DNA from: Promethearchaeota archaeon
Lineage (GTDB): Archaea; Asgardarchaeota; Lokiarchaeia; Sigyniarchaeales; SOKP01
NCBI GenBank assembly: GCA_048938895.1
Contig: JBHLLU010000017.1
Span: forward strand, 11,869 to 75,868
Reading direction: 5' to 3'
Length of the DNA: 64,000 bases
Part shown: one piece after another, positions 60,827 through 64,000 of the stretch
Layout of the letters: every line of letters starts with the position of its first letter
Position numbering within the stretch: the first letter of the stretch is position 1
The notes under the pieces: generated by a model
The model's input: only the letters and a program-made list of their open reading frames with translations
Told to the model about the DNA's origin: nothing
Database searches by the model: none
Made by a program: the position numbers and the translations under genes

Positions 60827-62674
60827 CTAAAAACCTCCATAGGTTTGTCCTCTGATATTTTCTAAAACAAATTCATCTAATTCACTTAACCTTTTAGTGG
60901 ATTTGACTCTGAACTTATAATTTAAAAATTTGTTTATAAATTTATATTTAAAATTACTTCTTTTCATATCTTTTCTGATATGTTTAGGAAGTTTATTTGG
61001 ATATTCGGTAATATAGGGGATGTCATCATCTTTAATTGATTTATCCTTATTATAAAGATACCTTTTAGCAGGTTCCTCTCTTGGTTTTCGACCAAATGGG
61101 TCAAATAAATGTTTCATCTTGAATTTCACTGCGCTTTCCTCTACACTTCTTCTAATCAATTCCATCATAGGGGTTGGTTCTCCAATAAGATCTCTAAATC
61201 TTTCATCTGCTTTTTGAACTCTCCTTCTCACCACACCATTAGGTGCAAAACGATCCATTGCTCCTAACATACTCCAATTTATAACAGAACTCCGCTTGAA
61301 TAATTCAGATCTATGTTCCTGCATTAAGAGATTATCAGAATTCAAACAATATTCATATCCATTAAGCGTAACTTCTAACCTTCTTAACATCGATGGACCC
61401 CAAGTTCGGTACATCAAATCATACCCATATTCTGTTAGATTCAAGGTTTCATGGGTTTCTAAAGAAATATTTTTTTGAGCTCCACTCCAAAAATGTACAT
61501 CTTCCCATGGTACCTCACAGACACGTCCTTGTTCCTTTAGTTTTCTCCAGAGTTCAGTTCCAGGGAAAGGTGATAAACGAGTTATTTGTTGATAGGTGGG
61601 TTTACATGCTATGAAATAATTCAGATCTTCGTACATGTTTGCATGACTATGATAATCCCAACCACATATCCAGGCACCAAGAGTACGAATTCCCATCGAA
61701 TGAAGCTTATGAAAGACTTCTCTGGCATCAGCTTCCTTAACTTTTCTGTAACCATGTTCACCTGCAAATTTAGATTCTACTCCAATGAATATTGCACCTA
61801 TTCCCGTTTCAGGAATGGCATCCCATCCATAATTATTTGCGAAATGCCAAATGAAATCAACTGAACCAAAACCAGTCCAATCAACATTTTCCACGAGATC
61901 GGTGTTTTTTACCCATCTTTCCTTGGTTTTTACCAACCATCTGGGGTGACGGAAGTGATCTTCTTCGATCACGAAGACTGATGAGAGATATTTAAAGTGC
62001 TTACGATAGAGTTCAACATGGTCAACAAAATCGTCTGGAGAGAGTAGTTCAATTCGCTTTTTTCCAAACATTTCCGTGGTGGAGCAAAAATCACAACCAC
62101 CTGGGCATCCTAAACCTGTTACAAGAAATCCAATGCCACCTCTAGGGTATTTATTGAGGAATGGAGGAGCACCACCACACTTAGGCATTAATTTTTGCTG
62201 GATTGGACGGTTTGTATCCTCGCCTAATAAATTTCGAAGAAATTCTACTCCTTCACCCAAAACTACATGATCAATATATTTTTTCTTAGTTTCTTCATCA
62301 TATTGAGCTGCAAAAGCTTGAGCACCATAACTTCCGAGGAGAATTTTCGTTTCTGGAGATTTTTCTCTTATGTAATTAGCCATCTTCATAACCATATCAA
62401 GGTGTACAGGAAAGGCACTTATCCCTATATAAGCATACTGTTTGTCTACCTCCTCAGTAAAATTATGCCATCGAGGATATTCAAGTAAAGTAGCAGGTAA
62501 ACTGATATTTTGCGCAAGAATATGGTTGGCAAAGCAATGTGTGTGAGAAACGAGTGAGAAGATGTCATCTCCATGGGTAAATCGTTGACCAGTAGCATCG
62601 GTAAGTGAGTCATTTGCAGGGAGTGTCGGATAGGGATAACATGGGGTTGTTAATAAAATACGATCTGTAATCAT
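60827..62674 (-). CDS. B12-binding-domain radical SAM protein
   Basis: GCPGGCDFC, IGVES, PFPGT. Confidence 0.88.
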   Translation of the reverse strand: MITDRILLTTPCYPYPTLPANDSLTDATGQRFTHGDDIFSLVSHTHCFANHILAQNISLPATLLEYPRWHNFTEEVDKQYAYIGISAFPVHLDMVMKMANYIREKSPETKILLGSYGAQAFAAQYDEETKKKYIDHVVLGEGVEFLRNLLGEDTNRPIQQKLMPKCGGAPPFLNKYPRGGIGFLVTGLGCPGGCDFCSTTEMFGKKRIELLSPDDFVDHVELYRKHFKYLSSVFVIEEDHFRHPRWLVKTKERWVKNTDLVENVDWTGFGSVDFIWHFANNYGWDAIPETGIGAIFIGVESKFAGEHGYRKVKEADAREVFHKLHSMGIRTLGAWICGWDYHSHANMYEDLNYFIACKPTYQQITRLSPFPGTELWRKLKEQGRVCEVPWEDVHFWSGAQKNISLETHETLNLTEYGYDLMYRTWGPSMLRRLEVTLNGYEYCLNSDNLLMQEHRSELFKRSSVINWSMLGAMDRFAPNGVVRRRVQKADERFRDLIGEPTPMMELIRRSVEESAVKFKMKHLFDPFGRKPREEPAKRYLYNKDKSIKDDDIPYITEYPNKLPKHIRKDMKRSNFKYKFINKFLNYKFRVKSTKRLSELDEFVLENIRGQTYGGF

Positions 62675-62824
62675 AATTTAATCCTTAATTTTATATCTAA
62701 ATAATAATTTGTTTTTCCTTTCTTTTAATTCTATATCATAAGTTTATCTATTTAAAACTAAATAGATTTAAATTTAAGACTGGAATTTAAATAACTTTTA
62801 ATTTTTTCTTGCCTTCTTTTTCAC

Positions 62825-64000
62825 ATGAGTAGTAAAAACCAAGAAACTTTGCCTAGACCGGAATATCCAAGACCTCAATTCGTAAGGAAAAATAAATGGT
62901 TAAATCTAAACGGGGAGTGGGGTTTTGCATTTGATGATGTTAACGTCGGTTTAAAGGAAAAATGGTACAGGGAAGATTTAAAGAATAATTTTAATAAGAA
63001 AATTGTGGTTCCATTTTGTTTCCAGAGCAAATTGAGTGGAATAGGGGATTCTTCTTTCCATGATGTCATATGGTATAGAAGAAAATTCAAAATACCAGAA
63101 GAGTTCAAAGAAAATAAGATTTTACTTCATTTTGGAGCGGTTGATTATAGTTGTATTGTTTATTTAAATGAAGAGCGAGTAGGTTCTCACGAAGGGGGTT
63201 ATATTGGTTTCTCATTTGATATCACGAATTACATTCAAGATAATAATCTCTTAGTCGTGAGAGTAGAAGATCCTAGCCAATCTCTCGAAATACCAAGAGG
63301 AAAACAATATTGGGGAAAAGAATTAGAAAGAATTTTTTATCCTAGAGTTTCTGGTATTTGGCAAACTGTGTGGCTAGAATTTGTCTCTTCAACTTGTTTC
63401 TTAAAAAAGATGAAATTTTTCCCTGATATTGATAAATCAGAATTGTTGGTTGAATTTATAATCCATGGTAGTGATTTTTTAGATAAATGCATGCTACTAG
63501 AAGTTAATTTTGATTCTCATAGTATTATTCAAGAAGAAATTAGTTTAGATTTCTTAGAGAAATTAAATCAAAAAACATCCTTTCTTTCTGAACGAAAATT
63601 AATTCCTAAAACTGCGAATTGTTTTAAATATATATTAAAAATACCAAAAGACCTTCTTCACCTTTGGGATGTTAAAAATCCTAATTTGTATGATCTTTGC
63701 ATTTCATTAAGCAATAAAAAATCAGGAGAGTTGTATGATAAGATTAAAAGTTATTTTGGCATGAGGAAAATCTCAATTTCAGAAATTAATCCTTCTTATA
63801 ATAAGCAAATTCTGCTTAATAATAAGCCTGTTTTTCAAAAATTATTCTTAGTACAAGGATATTGGCCTGAAGGATTTTATACCGCACCTTCCGATGAGTA
63901 TATAAAAAAAGATATTCAATTTATCAAGGATTTTGGGTTTAATGGGTTAAGAACACACCAAAAAGCTTTTGATCCTCGATTTCTGTACTGGTGTGATAAA
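62825..64000 (+). CDS. glycoside hydrolase family 2, 3' end runs off window
   Basis: Manual translation MSSKNQETLPRPEYPRPQFVR..WLNLNGEWGFAFD...LHFGAVDY...PRGKQ...SGIWQTVWLE...FGMRKI...QGYWPEGFYTAP...GFNGLRTHQK. Confidence 0.92.
   Translation, partial: MSSKNQETLPRPEYPRPQFVRKNKWLNLNGEWGFAFDDVNVGLKEKWYREDLKNNFNKKIVVPFCFQSKLSGIGDSSFHDVIWYRRKFKIPEEFKENKILLHFGAVDYSCIVYLNEERVGSHEGGYIGFSFDITNYIQDNNLLVVRVEDPSQSLEIPRGKQYWGKELERIFYPRVSGIWQTVWLEFVSSTCFLKKMKFFPDIDKSELLVEFIIHGSDFLDKCMLLEVNFDSHSIIQEEISLDFLEKLNQKTSFLSERKLIPKTANCFKYILKIPKDLLHLWDVKNPNLYDLCISLSNKKSGELYDKIKSYFGMRKISISEINPSYNKQILLNNKPVFQKLFLVQGYWPEGFYTAPSDEYIKKDIQFIKDFGFNGLRTHQKAFDPRFLYWCDK

Noticed and set aside
1-64000. CRISPR arrays, IS elements, integrases, rRNA
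   Set aside because: No regularly spaced repeats, transposase or recombinase motifs, or rRNA-like GC-rich blocks were seen.

Overview
AT-rich archaeal chromosomal segment, most likely from an Asgard archaeon (Lokiarchaeia-like). This is inferred from TPR-longin, HEAT-LRR and 7TM-Zn-finger proteins, an IPGF C-terminal sorting signal, cdc48, Wood-Ljungdahl cdhD and an archaeal BHB-intron tRNA. It carries panB, the DAP lysine genes (dapF, lysA, dapA, dapB), an hsp20-cdc48-ArsR heat-shock operon, several histidine kinases and receivers, hydrolases, oxidoreductases, transporters and surface proteins. Headline observation: cdhD is interrupted by a 30-nt, stop-containing insertion (9120-9149) that folds into a bulge-helix-bulge motif. 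The predicted tRNA-splicing-endonuclease cuts rejoin the reading frame exactly, making it a candidate archaeal-type mRNA intron in a carbon-fixation gene. The window also holds a tRNA-Pro(UGG) with two non-canonical BHB introns, a candidate box C/D sRNA, and two orphan duplicated gene 3' ends that differ mainly at synonymous sites and flank inserted DNA. All calls are by-eye motif recognition; no searches were run.
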